NCBI GenBank assembly: GCA_044221725.1
Contig: JBGAON010000001.1
Location: 335,480 to 399,479 of the forward strand
Direction of reading: 5' to 3'
DNA length: 64,000 bases
From: Elusimicrobiota bacterium
Lineage (GTDB): Bacteria > Elusimicrobiota > Elusimicrobia > F11
Both the position numbers and the translations under genes were made by a program. The stretch's first letter is position 1; every line of letters starts with the position of its first letter. Below the pieces are notes generated by a model. It did no database searches. It was given only the letters and a program-made list of their open reading frames with translations, and was not told the origin of the DNA. Positions 36,834-47,423 of this stretch are shown here, in pieces.

Positions 36834-38129
36834 ATGAAAAGAATGACCTGGCTTCTTGTTCTGACAGTTGTTGCATCACCGTTTTTATCTTCGTGCAAAG
36901 GTTCAAAGGCTTCCGGAAGTGAAGCGGTTGTTGTTTGGCACTGGATGACCGATCGCGATGAAGCATTTCAGCACTTGGCTCAGGAATACAAGAAGGAAAC
37001 TGGCAAAGACGTGCAATTCCAGCTTTATGCTCCCTCGGACGTTTACTCTCAAAAAGTTCGAGTCGGTGCACAGACGAACAGCCTTCCCGATATCTTTGGC
37101 GTTTTGGGTGACGCCCGCGACCTGGCAAGCTTTATTGAAGCGGAGCACGTAGCGAACCTCACGAAGGAATTGGGCGATGGCCCAGGGTCGTGGAAATCAC
37201 GTTTTTACGAGGAAGCATTGGCGACCACGTTCTACAAAGCAGGCAACAGCTTTCAGGTTCCCGAAGGCTATTACGGAATTCCAATTGATGTCACCACGAT
37301 TCCGATGATTTACAACAAAAAACTTTTCCAGAAAGCGGGCCTGGATCCAAACAATCCGCCAAAAACCTGGGATGATTTTATTGCCGCGGGTGTCGCATTG
37401 AAGAAGAGCGGTGTGACCGGATTCGTCAGCGGTTGGGCCGAAACCTGGCTCATCTACTCGTTGGCCACCGATTTGGCTCACAATTTGATGGGCGAGGCGA
37501 AAGTGATGGACACGTTCGCGGGCAAGGTGCCTTACACGGATCCCGACTGGATTACAATCTTTACGGCATTTGAAAAATTGCAGAAAGCCGGATTCGCCGA
37601 TCCGAGCCTTGTAACCTTGGGCAACAAAGCCGCCGAACAGGCCTTCTCGCAAGAGCGATCGGGTATGACGTTCAATGGTTCGTGGGCCGTCAATGTGTAC
37701 GCGGGAATGAACCCGAAACTTGAATATGCACCGTTCCGTCCGTCAGCGCTTGGAAACAAATATCCTCAAACCGTTTGGGGAGGAGCGGGAACGGTTTTTC
37801 TTGTGAACGCGAAGTCAACAGCGAAAGACAACGCCGTGGCATTCCTCAAATGGTTATCGGACAAAAAGCAGGCCGGCTATTTGGTCTCCTCGACAAAGAA
37901 CTTGCCGGCGGTGAACGATGCCGAAAGCGCCGATATTTCTCCGGTGCTCAAGCAGTTTGCCGATCTCATGAAAAATTCGATCCATCCGAACCGCTTCTCT
38001 GTTTCAGAGGATCCGAAGGTGCAAGAGGTGTTCACGAAGGGCATTCAATCGATTCTCATTGCGGAGAAGACGCCGCAACAAGTTGCGGCGGAAACGCAGA
38101 AAGCGAAGGAGAAGTCGAAAGTTCAATAG
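36834..38129 (+). CDS. sugar ABC transporter substrate-binding lipoprotein (family 1 SBP)
   Basis: Lipobox FLSSC, then the MalE/UgpB-like fold typical of carbohydrate SBPs. Confidence 0.75.
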   Translation: MKRMTWLLVLTVVASPFLSSCKGSKASGSEAVVVWHWMTDRDEAFQHLAQEYKKETGKDVQFQLYAPSDVYSQKVRVGAQTNSLPDIFGVLGDARDLASFIEAEHVANLTKELGDGPGSWKSRFYEEALATTFYKAGNSFQVPEGYYGIPIDVTTIPMIYNKKLFQKAGLDPNNPPKTWDDFIAAGVALKKSGVTGFVSGWAETWLIYSLATDLAHNLMGEAKVMDTFAGKVPYTDPDWITIFTAFEKLQKAGFADPSLVTLGNKAAEQAFSQERSGMTFNGSWAVNVYAGMNPKLEYAPFRPSALGNKYPQTVWGGAGTVFLVNAKSTAKDNAVAFLKWLSDKKQAGYLVSSTKNLPAVNDAESADISPVLKQFADLMKNSIHPNRFSVSEDPKVQEVFTKGIQSILIAEKTPQQVAAETQKAKEKSKVQ

Positions 38130-38131
38130 AT

Positions 38132-39049
38132 ATGAGCGAACCGTCGAGCGCAACAACGAAAACGCCGTCAAGATTTAGCTGGCACATGGCCAGCAACTAT
38201 CTATTCGTTTTGCCGGCGCTGCTCATGTTTTTAACGTTCAACTTTTATCCTTACATTCAGGTTTTCTTCCTTTCGGTTTTTAAGTGGAACGGAATCTCTG
38301 TCCACAAAGTGTTCCTCGGATTAGCGAATTACAAGGACATCTTCGTGGACAATCCGGCGTGGTGGACTTCGATGAGAAACGCCGGATACGTAACCTTCTT
38401 GGCGCTCACGGTTCAAAATGGCGTGGCTTTGATGCTCGCGTGGCTCGTGGACCGCGATATTCGCGGCGGTCAAATTTATCGTTCCATTTTTTTCTTGCCG
38501 CCGATTCTGTCCGGGATCGTTGTTGGTTTGATCTGGAACTGGATTTACCAGGGCGATTATGGATTGCTCAACGCCTGGTTGGAAGAGCTGGGTCTGCATT
38601 CCTACAAGCACGCCTGGTTGGCCGAACCGCAGACGGCGCTCACGGCGCTGGCGGTGGTGCACATGTGGAAAGGCTTTGGTTGGGGCTTCATTATTTTGTT
38701 GGCGGGGCTTCAAGGAATTCCGCGTGAGTTATACGAGGCCGCGCGGGTGGACGGCGCCAGCGAGGCGCGTATTTTTTGGAAAATTACGGTTCCGCTCATG
38801 ATCCCGGTGTTCATTCTCGTTAGTGTTCTCACGATTTTGGGTACCATGCAGATGTACGATCTTGTTATCACCACAACCCGCGGCGGACCGGGGCTTCACA
38901 CCGAAGTGCCGATGAAGCGAATTCTCGATGAAATTACGCCTGGTTCGCGAGTGGGTTATGCGTCGGCCATGGGGGTTGTATTCGGAGCGGTATTGCTCGT
39001 TGTGTCCATGATCCAAATTCAGCTTTCAAAGTGGTTCAAGGCAGAATAA
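38132..39049 (+). CDS. sugar ABC transporter permease (MalF/UgpA-like)
   Basis: Start set at ATG 38132, 2 nt after the SBP stop. EAA-loop region (GASEARIFWKITVPLMIPV). 6 TM helices. Confidence 0.8.
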   Translation: MSEPSSATTKTPSRFSWHMASNYLFVLPALLMFLTFNFYPYIQVFFLSVFKWNGISVHKVFLGLANYKDIFVDNPAWWTSMRNAGYVTFLALTVQNGVALMLAWLVDRDIRGGQIYRSIFFLPPILSGIVVGLIWNWIYQGDYGLLNAWLEELGLHSYKHAWLAEPQTALTALAVVHMWKGFGWGFIILLAGLQGIPRELYEAARVDGASEARIFWKITVPLMIPVFILVSVLTILGTMQMYDLVITTTRGGPGLHTEVPMKRILDEITPGSRVGYASAMGVVFGAVLLVVSMIQIQLSKWFKAE

Positions 39050-39050
39050 T

Positions 39051-39956
39051 ATGAATCGCACAATTCCCATGGAAGACCAGTTAATTAATCCCGTACGAAA
39101 GCGCTTTACGGCGGAGCGGATTCGACTGCGTGTGACGCGAGCGGTCAAAAACGTCATCAAGCACACGATTCTTATTTTGGTCGCCATCAGCTGCGTTTTC
39201 CCTCTTGTCTGGATGTTGTCTTCCGCATTAAAAACTCAAGCCACTGTTTTCACCGATCTCAGCCTTATCCCGTCCGACCCGCAATTTGTGAATTTTGCTG
39301 ACGCGTGGACAAAAGGAAAATTCGCGGTTTATTTCTTTAACAGTGTGCTTTACACGGTGTCGTGTGTGTTTGGCGTGTTGCTAATTTCCTCATTGGCCGC
39401 TTTCGCCTTCGCGCGGCTTCAGTTCCCCGGCAAGAATGCTCTTTACTATCTTTTCTTGATTACCCTGATGATTCCCGTGCCCGGCGCCATTGTGGCGCTG
39501 TATGTTTTGCTCATCAAACTCGGCATCATTAATACGCGTATTGGTTACATGCTTCCACAGATTAATGGCGGGCTCGCGTTGGGCTTGTTTATCTTGCGCC
39601 CGTTCTTCGAGCGTATTCCAAAAGATCTTGAGGATGCGGCGCGCATTGATGGCTGCGGTCGGTTGGGAATCTATTGGAATGTGGCAATTCCGTTGGCAAA
39701 ACCTGCGCTCGCGGTGGTCGCCTTATTCACGTCGCTTTCTGTTTGGAATGAATTCATGTTGGCTCAACTTGTGTTGCAGTCGCAGTCCCTCATGCCGCTG
39801 CAGTTGGGGCTCGTTAAATTTTGGGGAGGCACGCTCACCGAATATCCGCTGCTTATGGCCGGCATGGCCATTTCTGTCATACCTATTATTATCGCGTACA
39901 TCTTTCTGCAGCGGCACATCATCGCCGGTGTTACAGCCGGCGCATTAAAAGGGTAA
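39051..39956 (+). CDS. sugar ABC transporter permease (MalG/UgpE-like)
   Basis: EAA motif DAARIDGCGRLGIYWNVAIPLAKPAL. 6 TM helices. Confidence 0.8.
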   Translation: MNRTIPMEDQLINPVRKRFTAERIRLRVTRAVKNVIKHTILILVAISCVFPLVWMLSSALKTQATVFTDLSLIPSDPQFVNFADAWTKGKFAVYFFNSVLYTVSCVFGVLLISSLAAFAFARLQFPGKNALYYLFLITLMIPVPGAIVALYVLLIKLGIINTRIGYMLPQINGGLALGLFILRPFFERIPKDLEDAARIDGCGRLGIYWNVAIPLAKPALAVVALFTSLSVWNEFMLAQLVLQSQSLMPLQLGLVKFWGGTLTEYPLLMAGMAISVIPIIIAYIFLQRHIIAGVTAGALKG

Positions 39957-39987
39957 GCCTTCGCCAATTGAATTACGCCACCAACCA

Positions 39988-41952
39988 ATGAAAAAAATCT
40001 TGGTTCTCTTGATGACGGTGGCGGGTCTCACTCCGATCTTCGCCGACGATTCCTATGTGGAGCCGGGATCGCTCCGCCTCTCTCACGAAATTGTAATTGA
40101 AAATGTGATGCACCGTTTGGATTCCGGTTGGCGCGCAACGAATAACAATCTCGATAAGACCTACACGAAAGACGGTTCCGGTAATCCACCGTGGAAATCC
40201 GAATGGGGGGAATCTCTTTTAACCGAAGCGGCGACGCGCATCACGCCGGATATATTTGGTCGCGTGCTTTTCGAAATGCAAGGCGATTACGCGGATCGGT
40301 TCTGGCGGCCGAACAACATCGAGCATGACATTGATAATAAGGACCGGTATGTTTTTCTAAGGCAAGCGGAGGCGCGTGTCGATAAAGATGAGTGGTTCGT
40401 GCATGGCTTCCAAGGGGTCGGTCACAACGACTGGTACGACAAAGGGGATTTCTTCCATTTGTATCCGGCGTCATACCCCGACGACGATTATCTTGGCCGC
40501 TCCGGTGCATTTGGAATTTATCCCGATCCGTTTAAACAAGATAACTTTCTCAATATTTCGAAACGACATGCGCCGCGCGGCGTCGAGGGCGGGGTAAACG
40601 CCTTCGGAATGGACTTCGGCGCTGCGCTCGGTAACGAGCTCAACTTCGGTTACAACGAAGCCGCGTATGGTCGCGTGTCTGCGCCGATCGGATCAACCCG
40701 ACTCACGTTCGTTTACAAAAACGAGGATGTGCCTTACATGAAAGCGGTGGATCCTGATAATAATGAGCGCGACCGCGCGTACGCGTTGTCCTGGCGGGCT
40801 CCGTTTGAAGCCGGACATGTGTTCGAAGCCGGTGTAAAATACCGGCCGTTTCGCGTGGGCCAGAATTATTTAATGGCGAACGACGTTTCCGCAGGTTCAG
40901 GGCTGCAAGGCTCCTCGACGGAAATCACCGAGGGAAAGACCGGGACGAAGGACGCGTTTGCGGAACGCATTCGATACGAGCATCACGCGTCTCTCAAAGA
41001 CCGGGTTGTTGTGTTGTCGGCGGATGTCACGCATGCGGGCCTTGTCGCTGGGAACAAAAATGAAATTGATTTGAGTGCGGCCACCGACATAGTTCCCGTG
41101 TTTCGCGGCATTCTTGATTACACGTATCGCAAGCCGCTGGAAGGACCAATTCCGCTGTTGTATGAGGGAACACCCGCAAATATGGGTGCCATTGCGGCGA
41201 ATCCACGCAGCCCAGAAAGCCCGTTTACCGTCGATTGGGATAATCGCGAAGCTGTTTTTCTTACAGCGACATTCATTTTCGATCCTACTCCCGGAACGAG
41301 CATGCTCAAGTACAATCCGAGCAGTTTGCAAATGTGGAACGTAAATTCAGAAGAAAATGCACCGTTTAATGTCGCGTTCCAATACAAGATGAGCGATTAT
41401 CGCACCGCCACCGACCGGCTTACGTACATCGATGCGGAAGGAAATTACGTTTTCGAACCGGCCGGCCACGAGGGCGCCTGGGCAACCGACCATCCGATTA
41501 GCGCGTACAGTCTAATGTTGCTTGGCCATCCTCATCGCTGGAGCTGGATGCTCGGTATTTCGGGCGGACAAATGCTCGCGTATCAGAGCTTGGCGTATAC
41601 CACCGACACCAGTGTCAATAAACCCATCACCGATTTTTATTCGATCGAAGCAAAACTTGAACGTTGGCCGTATACATTGTGGGCGCATTACGGTTATGGT
41701 GTTTGGGGACCGGAAAATTATCAGGCGCAATTTGGTGAGGCGTTTGATCGATTGTGGGGTCTGGGTCTAAGTTATAAGATCACCGTCAATACAACCGTCG
41801 ATGTAAGTTATTTGGCGGCGCGCCAAGACGACAACTTGTTTGTCGCCCCCGACCTTGGCTCGTACGACGAAATTCGCACGTTATTTTCTCATCGCTTTGG
41901 TTTTCAATTTCAATTTGTTGAAGCTGCGCGCAGCGGTTACCAAGCGCGATAG
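39988..41952 (+). CDS. secreted, probable outer-membrane beta-barrel / porin-like protein
   Basis: Signal peptide MKKILVLLMTVAGLTPIFA. Aromatic and Gly-rich alternating segments. Follows a sugar ABC importer that lacks its own ATPase. Function is inference. Confidence 0.35.
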   Translation: MKKILVLLMTVAGLTPIFADDSYVEPGSLRLSHEIVIENVMHRLDSGWRATNNNLDKTYTKDGSGNPPWKSEWGESLLTEAATRITPDIFGRVLFEMQGDYADRFWRPNNIEHDIDNKDRYVFLRQAEARVDKDEWFVHGFQGVGHNDWYDKGDFFHLYPASYPDDDYLGRSGAFGIYPDPFKQDNFLNISKRHAPRGVEGGVNAFGMDFGAALGNELNFGYNEAAYGRVSAPIGSTRLTFVYKNEDVPYMKAVDPDNNERDRAYALSWRAPFEAGHVFEAGVKYRPFRVGQNYLMANDVSAGSGLQGSSTEITEGKTGTKDAFAERIRYEHHASLKDRVVVLSADVTHAGLVAGNKNEIDLSAATDIVPVFRGILDYTYRKPLEGPIPLLYEGTPANMGAIAANPRSPESPFTVDWDNREAVFLTATFIFDPTPGTSMLKYNPSSLQMWNVNSEENAPFNVAFQYKMSDYRTATDRLTYIDAEGNYVFEPAGHEGAWATDHPISAYSLMLLGHPHRWSWMLGISGGQMLAYQSLAYTTDTSVNKPITDFYSIEAKLERWPYTLWAHYGYGVWGPENYQAQFGEAFDRLWGLGLSYKITVNTTVDVSYLAARQDDNLFVAPDLGSYDEIRTLFSHRFGFQFQFVEAARSGYQAR

Positions 41953-41991
41953 CGGATTGGATGAATAGTCTTAACACGGAGGAGTGTTCAC

Positions 41992-42696
41992 ATGAATAAG
42001 AATAAGACAGTGTTGTCGTTGCTCTTGGGAGCCGCATTGGTTGGTGCCGGTGTGCTTTCGGCAGCGACACCGGATAAGAAAAAAGCAGGCAAGACCGCAG
42101 GAGCGGCCGCTTCAGACGATGTGTTTTATATCTATACCGAGCGTGGATCCCGATTGAACCATTACGTTCCGTCCGGTTGGATGGGCGATTACGGCGACAT
42201 CAAAATGAACCAAGGTTGGGTCAAAAATGCGCCAGCCAAAGATGCAAAAAAAGATTCAAAAGCTCCGTCCAAGGCGGAAGAGCCGAAACCAGGCGAAGAC
42301 ACCGTCATTCAGGTCAAATATTCGGCTGAGCGGAAGCAAGGCGCGGGATGGGCTGGAATTTATTGGCAGCATCCGGCCAACAACTGGGGCGACAAGCGCG
42401 GTGGCTTTGATTTGTCGTCCTATTCAAAACTGACGTTCATGGCGAAAGGTGAGCAGGGCGGCGAAGTCATCGATAAATTCTTCATTGGCGGCATTACCGG
42501 CCAAACGGAAGAAGGCGATTCCGATGAGGCTTCCTTGAGCCCGGTGACGCTCACAAAAGATTGGAAAAAATACGAAGTGTCGCTCAAAGGGCTTGATATG
42601 AGCCACATCATCGGTGGCTTTGGTTTCGCGGCGAACGCGGACGCCAACCCGAACGGCTTCACGATGTATCTCGACGACATCCGGTTGGAAAAATAA
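41992..42696 (+). CDS. secreted protein with CBM-like beta-sandwich module (copy 1 of a recurring module)
   Basis: Signal peptide; Lys/Ala-rich linker. Module GWAGIYWQHPANNWGDKRGGFDLSSYSKLTFMAKGE...MYLDDIRL is paralogous to modules in 42760..43911 and 53165..57142. Confidence 0.5.
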   Translation: MNKNKTVLSLLLGAALVGAGVLSAATPDKKKAGKTAGAAASDDVFYIYTERGSRLNHYVPSGWMGDYGDIKMNQGWVKNAPAKDAKKDSKAPSKAEEPKPGEDTVIQVKYSAERKQGAGWAGIYWQHPANNWGDKRGGFDLSSYSKLTFMAKGEQGGEVIDKFFIGGITGQTEEGDSDEASLSPVTLTKDWKKYEVSLKGLDMSHIIGGFGFAANADANPNGFTMYLDDIRLEK

Positions 42697-42759
42697 ATCT
42701 TCGCTTTGCCCCGTTCCGTCGTTCGCCTTGGCGAGCGGCGGAACGGGACGGAGATTTGA

Positions 42760-43911
42760 GTGAATTGGCGAAGTCACTTAGCATCCCCTCTTTTTTGCGG
42801 TTTTCTTTTGATAACCGCGCTCTCCACTAACAACTCTCAGGAACGATTGGGCGAAGCGCCCAAATCAGACGGCACCCCAAAAACCGTCGACTACAATATC
42901 ACGCGTGGTGAAGCGATTCCGGTCCCCGCAAAAAAGACCCGATTGCCGCTGGTGGTTTATGGCGACAGCAAAGGCGCCGTCGGCAGTTTCGCCCCAAGCG
43001 GATACATGGGCGATGTTGAATCGTTAAGAATCAAAGGCGCGGACTTTTCGGCACCGCTGACATCGTTGGGAGACGGAAGTTCGTGTTTGCGAGTTGAAGT
43101 GGTTCCTCGGGGTCGGCAAGGTTGGGCCGGACTCTATTGGCAAACGCCGGCCAACAATTGGGGAAAAATAAAAGGCGCGGGTTACGATCTTACGAAGGCG
43201 CAGCGGCTAACATTCTGGGCGCGCGGCGAAAAAGGCGGTGAGTTGATTGCGCAATTTTCGGTGGGAGGGCTTGTTGGTCCCTACCCCGATACCGATTCCG
43301 CGAAGCTTGGCCCCATTCGTCTCAACAAAGAGTGGACGCAGTATGTGATCGATCTCACAGCAAAAGATTTGCGCCACATTGTCGGAGGGTTTGAATTTAT
43401 CGTGCGGCGAACAGACAATCCACGCGGCGCGGTTTTCTACTTGGATGAAATTATTTTTCAAGGAGATGTGACCGTCAGCGAAGCACCGCCGCAGCCGCTC
43501 CCACCGCACCACGATTTAACGACGCAGCAGTTTCCCGAACCGTTGCCAACGATGCCGAAGCTAACAAAATCCGTTTTGGTGGTTGTTCCTTTTGACTCAG
43601 CAAAAACGGCGTTCGGCAAGGAAGGAACGGATTTGCTGAATGAAATTGCTGCCGTTTCGCACAAATACGCGGACGCTGCCATTCTTATTGAGGGTCACAC
43701 CGATAGCACGGGACCCGAAGCGGTCAATCAAAAACTATCCGAGATGCGTGCGAAAGCGGTGGCTGACTATTTGGTGACGAAAAACGTACCGCGCGAACGT
43801 ATGACGATAAAAGGGCACGGATCGGAACGGCCGGTACGCGAAGGAGCCAATTTGACGCCGGAAGGCCGAATGAAAAACCGTCGCGTGGAAGTAACGCTGG
43901 TGGCCCAGTGA
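42760..43911 (+). CDS. OmpA-family protein with N-terminal CBM-like beta-sandwich module
   Basis: GTG start. Module GWAGLYWQTPANNWGKIKGAGYDLTKAQRLTFWARGE...FYLDEIIF. Pro-rich linker. C-terminal OmpA domain (ILIEGHTDSTGPEAVNQKLSEMRAKAVADYL...RRVEVTLV). Confidence 0.65.
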   Translation: MNWRSHLASPLFCGFLLITALSTNNSQERLGEAPKSDGTPKTVDYNITRGEAIPVPAKKTRLPLVVYGDSKGAVGSFAPSGYMGDVESLRIKGADFSAPLTSLGDGSSCLRVEVVPRGRQGWAGLYWQTPANNWGKIKGAGYDLTKAQRLTFWARGEKGGELIAQFSVGGLVGPYPDTDSAKLGPIRLNKEWTQYVIDLTAKDLRHIVGGFEFIVRRTDNPRGAVFYLDEIIFQGDVTVSEAPPQPLPPHHDLTTQQFPEPLPTMPKLTKSVLVVVPFDSAKTAFGKEGTDLLNEIAAVSHKYADAAILIEGHTDSTGPEAVNQKLSEMRAKAVADYLVTKNVPRERMTIKGHGSERPVREGANLTPEGRMKNRRVEVTLVAQ

Positions 43912-44576
43912 AAAACCGAAACTTTTTCTTTTTGCTCGGAACGCTCGCTCTCGTGCCGGCCTGCGAGAAAAATCCTGTCGACAAACTGACGAATCCGTTG
44001 CCGAACGGTAGCGTTCCCCGATCCAGCGGTATTTATCCGATTTATCATGACGAGCTGGAAACGGGGGGTGGGCTTGGATTCATTCCTGGTGGCGAAAACC
44101 AGGTGATCGATTTGTTTGATAATTCGAGCCCCCGTCAGACCGCGCGTCAAATCCGCTACACATGGAATGGCGGCGATGTATCGGATGCGGAACACAGCAC
44201 CACCGCGCACACGTTTGCCGGTTTTTCGTTGTTGGTGACGCCAAACTTCTCCACCCTTTCGGCGGCGCCGGCAAAAGATCTTTCCACGGCCGGATACACA
44301 AAACTTACGCTTCTTCTCCGCGGTTCGTTGTCCACCGGCACCAAGCTGCGCGTTGAGGGGCCCAGCGACGGAACGGCAACCCCTGCTCGACAAGAGTTGG
44401 ATGCCGCGCAAATATCTCAAGCCTGGCAACTCGTGACGGTGGCCGTTCCGCCGTCTGATTTCTCCAATATCAAAACCTTCGCGACCATTTCGATTCAATA
44501 CACGCAGCCGCCTCGCACGACCAATCCAGGAGAAGGCGGAACAATTTACGTGACGCAGATTCAATATGAACGCTAG
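43908..44576 (+). CDS. hypothetical lipoprotein
   Basis: GTGA overlap with the upstream stop. Lipobox LVPAC. No recognisable catalytic motif. Confidence 0.5.
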   Translation: MKNRNFFFLLGTLALVPACEKNPVDKLTNPLPNGSVPRSSGIYPIYHDELETGGGLGFIPGGENQVIDLFDNSSPRQTARQIRYTWNGGDVSDAEHSTTAHTFAGFSLLVTPNFSTLSAAPAKDLSTAGYTKLTLLLRGSLSTGTKLRVEGPSDGTATPARQELDAAQISQAWQLVTVAVPPSDFSNIKTFATISIQYTQPPRTTNPGEGGTIYVTQIQYER

Positions 44577-45150
44577 GGCCGCGCTGTCTTTTCTATTGGT
44601 GACCCAAATGGCGGTAGCGTCGTGGGCGGCGGATTCTTCAGCGAGCGCGGCGGCATCTTCCGAAAGAGGAAACTACATTGGCGAAGCGGCCGAGGCGACC
44701 GTGGGGCGCGTGTTTGGTGTTGAGGGAGACGCCGCCGAAATAAATTATCACGTGTTTGAACTCACCTCTCATTCTCCGGCGAACGCGGCCATTCGCTCCG
44801 GCATCATCCCGGGTTGGGGACAGTATTTCAATAACGAGCGCGTGAAGGGTTCGGTTTTGTTCTTGGCCACATTGGGCGCGGTCGTCGCGAGCGTGCATCT
44901 TCACAATTCTGCCGAGAAATCTTACGACGATTACCAGGCGCTCGGACAGAAAGACAGTTCGTTGTACGATGATTACGAACGGGCGTACACCGGTTCCATC
45001 GTTCTTGGAAGCGCCGCTGCCGTTTTGTGGTTGGTTGGAATTTGGGACGCGCACCACAATGCGTATCATCCGCTCTATTCGAAAAATGTCACGGTGGATG
45101 TGGCGTACGCGGACAACACCTCTCAAATTCGCGTAAAGAAAAGTTTCTAG
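44566..45150 (+). CDS. hypothetical secreted/membrane protein with IIPGWGQYF motif
   Basis: Signal peptide. Internal hydrophobic helix (SVLFLATLGAVVASV) and C-terminal hydrophobic segment. Confidence 0.45.
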   Translation: MNARAALSFLLVTQMAVASWAADSSASAAASSERGNYIGEAAEATVGRVFGVEGDAAEINYHVFELTSHSPANAAIRSGIIPGWGQYFNNERVKGSVLFLATLGAVVASVHLHNSAEKSYDDYQALGQKDSSLYDDYERAYTGSIVLGSAAAVLWLVGIWDAHHNAYHPLYSKNVTVDVAYADNTSQIRVKKSF

Positions 45151-45204
45151 AAAAATTTCTTGTGCGAGCGCACCTTGATTTAATATTTTGTGCGTGGAGA
45201 ACCT

Positions 45205-46104
45205 ATGTTTTTACCCACTTTATTCAACCGTTTGAATAAAATCTGGCCCTGCGCATTCGTGGCGGGCATGATCGCAACAACTCTTATGCTGCCTGGCTGC
45301 AAAAAGAAAGAACGGCTCACCGCTTCGACGTTTTCATTTTCGATTACGCCTCCCGCCTCCACTGTTTTGAAGACCGAATCGATCACGCTCATGGCAAAAG
45401 GTTCGTCGGCGAGCGGATCGGTGGACGTGAACCCCACGTGGAGCGTGTCGCCCACAACGCTGGGTTCTTTGAACACCACAATCGGACGCAGCGTCGTTTT
45501 TCAACCGACCGGTCTGGGAGACGTGGTGGTCACCGGCGTGTATGACGGCATTGCGGCGACATCACAAATTGCGATTGTGACCTACAAGCCCACCGCAAAC
45601 ACATTTGATATTTATAACGACAACGGACTTCCCGCCGGCAGCGACGTGGACAGCGATATTTTTACGTCGGGCGGGCTTTCTCTCACCGAGCTTTCGAGCG
45701 GGTACACACCGGAAGGTTCAAAGTACGAACACACCACCAATGCGATCACGAACAATTTTTGGGGCGTGACCGTTGATAAACTGAATACGGGGAAGCGAAA
45801 AGATCTTTCGGGATTTTCATCCGGCGCTCTGAAATTCTCGTTGCGCCTTGCGCGGTCGCTTTCCGTGACAGAAAGCATTCGAATCGATATTGTAGATTCG
45901 GCGCAAACGGTTTCGTACACGTTGAGCAGCGGTTCCGATAATTACAATCGACTGAGCACCGATTGGCAAGAAATTTCGTTGTCGTTGCCAGCACGATTTG
46001 CAACATTGGATAGCGCTCATGTAAAAGTACCGTTTGTAATTGTTCCGACGGCGCTGGGTGCGCCGTTGACCTTTGACGTTGATGCCGTTCGTTGGGAGCG
46101 GTAG
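45205..46104 (+). CDS. hypothetical lipoprotein
   Basis: Start set at ATG 45205 with SD GGAGA. Lipobox-like LMLPGC. Thr/Ser-rich beta-rich sequence. Confidence 0.45.
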   Translation: MFLPTLFNRLNKIWPCAFVAGMIATTLMLPGCKKKERLTASTFSFSITPPASTVLKTESITLMAKGSSASGSVDVNPTWSVSPTTLGSLNTTIGRSVVFQPTGLGDVVVTGVYDGIAATSQIAIVTYKPTANTFDIYNDNGLPAGSDVDSDIFTSGGLSLTELSSGYTPEGSKYEHTTNAITNNFWGVTVDKLNTGKRKDLSGFSSGALKFSLRLARSLSVTESIRIDIVDSAQTVSYTLSSGSDNYNRLSTDWQEISLSLPARFATLDSAHVKVPFVIVPTALGAPLTFDVDAVRWER

Positions 46105-46145
46105 CCGGCGAAGAAAATTTTTTGATCGAATTAAAGCGCTTGAAT

Positions 46146-47423
46146 ATGAATGGACATCGGAGAACAACAGTTGATTTAAATTTTTGGGTGATGCCGAATG
46201 CGGGTATCGCCACGCGGCATATTTTAAAAAGCTTTATCGATGAGTTTGAGCAGCTTCATCCGGAAGTTCGCGTCAATCTCGTAATCCACCCATGGTCGCT
46301 GGCGTGGAATCGGGTCATGGATGTGGTGAAAGGACGCAACACGCGCAGTGTTCCCGACGTCATGCAAATTGGAACTACCTGGGTTACCACTCTTGGTTAT
46401 CTGGGAGCGCTCGAAGAAGTCCCCGACGTTCCGTTCGGGCCACGGGATCAACGCATTGCCACATCCATCGGAGATTCAAGTGCGTTTTGTATTCCGTGGT
46501 TTATCGACATTCGGGTGCTGTATTACCGAAAAGATATTTTTCAGGCGTTTCGAATTGACCCGGCACTTCTAAACGATTGGAAGGGGTTTGCGCGGGCGTG
46601 CGCGGAACTCAAAAAAAACCTTTCAAGCAAGTCCGGCAAATTCTCTCGGATCATTGCGCCCTTGGGGATTCCGGGGCAAAAGCCCGGCGTTTTGATGCAC
46701 GACTTGGCCCCGTGGGTGTGGGAAGCGGGTGGCGACTTTTGCGCCGATGATTTGCGCGACACGAATTTAAATCAGGCGACGCTCATCGACGGATGCAAAT
46801 TTTATTTTGACCTCATCGATCAAGGTTTTATGCCGGTGCCAAACAGCGCCTTGCCGGCCGGAAATTTTTTCACGGGACATTACGCCATGCAGTTTTCGGG
46901 CAGCTGGCCGATCGATTCTTATTTGAATCCGACGTGGACCTACGCTGATCCCGACGTTGCAGCAAACGCCGGAGTGATGCCACTTCCCGAAGGACCTCAG
47001 GGGCGATACACGTTTTTGGGCGGCAGCAATTTGGCGGTACCGTCCTCGGCTCGGCATCGTGAAATCGCCTGGGAATTTGTGAATTTTCTTGTCGACCCTG
47101 TCCGGATCGTCAAGCATGCTCGGGGCATTGGTGCGTTACCCGCACGGCTGTCCGGTATGGAAAACTTGTTTGAACGGTTCCCGGCGGCCAAAGAAGTGTT
47201 TTTTAGTTCGTTCGGTTACGCGCGGCGTTTGCCCCGACTTGTGGAGCTCGGATCCATCGAGCAGATTATCTACAAGATGGGCGGTCGTTTGCTGTCCGCC
47301 GTTCGCGAAGGCTCTTACAACCAGAAGCGACTCCAGCAAGAAATAAACACCGCGAACAATGAAATTCGCTCGTTGCTGTCGATACACCGGTATGGTACGC
47401 GAATTTCGCAGGTAACCGCATGA
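46146..47423 (+). CDS. family-1 solute-binding-protein homologue lacking an obvious signal peptide
   Basis: MalE/UgpB-like conserved N-lobe (NLVIHPWSLAWNRVMD...TWVTTLGYLGALEEV). No hydrophobic leader at either candidate start (46092 or 46146). Stop overlaps the downstream GGDEF gene start (ATGA). Confidence 0.55.
   Translation: MNGHRRTTVDLNFWVMPNAGIATRHILKSFIDEFEQLHPEVRVNLVIHPWSLAWNRVMDVVKGRNTRSVPDVMQIGTTWVTTLGYLGALEEVPDVPFGPRDQRIATSIGDSSAFCIPWFIDIRVLYYRKDIFQAFRIDPALLNDWKGFARACAELKKNLSSKSGKFSRIIAPLGIPGQKPGVLMHDLAPWVWEAGGDFCADDLRDTNLNQATLIDGCKFYFDLIDQGFMPVPNSALPAGNFFTGHYAMQFSGSWPIDSYLNPTWTYADPDVAANAGVMPLPEGPQGRYTFLGGSNLAVPSSARHREIAWEFVNFLVDPVRIVKHARGIGALPARLSGMENLFERFPAAKEVFFSSFGYARRLPRLVELGSIEQIIYKMGGRLLSAVREGSYNQKRLQQEINTANNEIRSLLSIHRYGTRISQVTA

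Noticed and set aside
40376-41344. Short ORFs (73-144 aa) on both strands inside the 39988..41952 outer-membrane protein gene
   Set aside because: They are nested within a long ORF that has a signal peptide and continuous codon structure, and none has start-site support.
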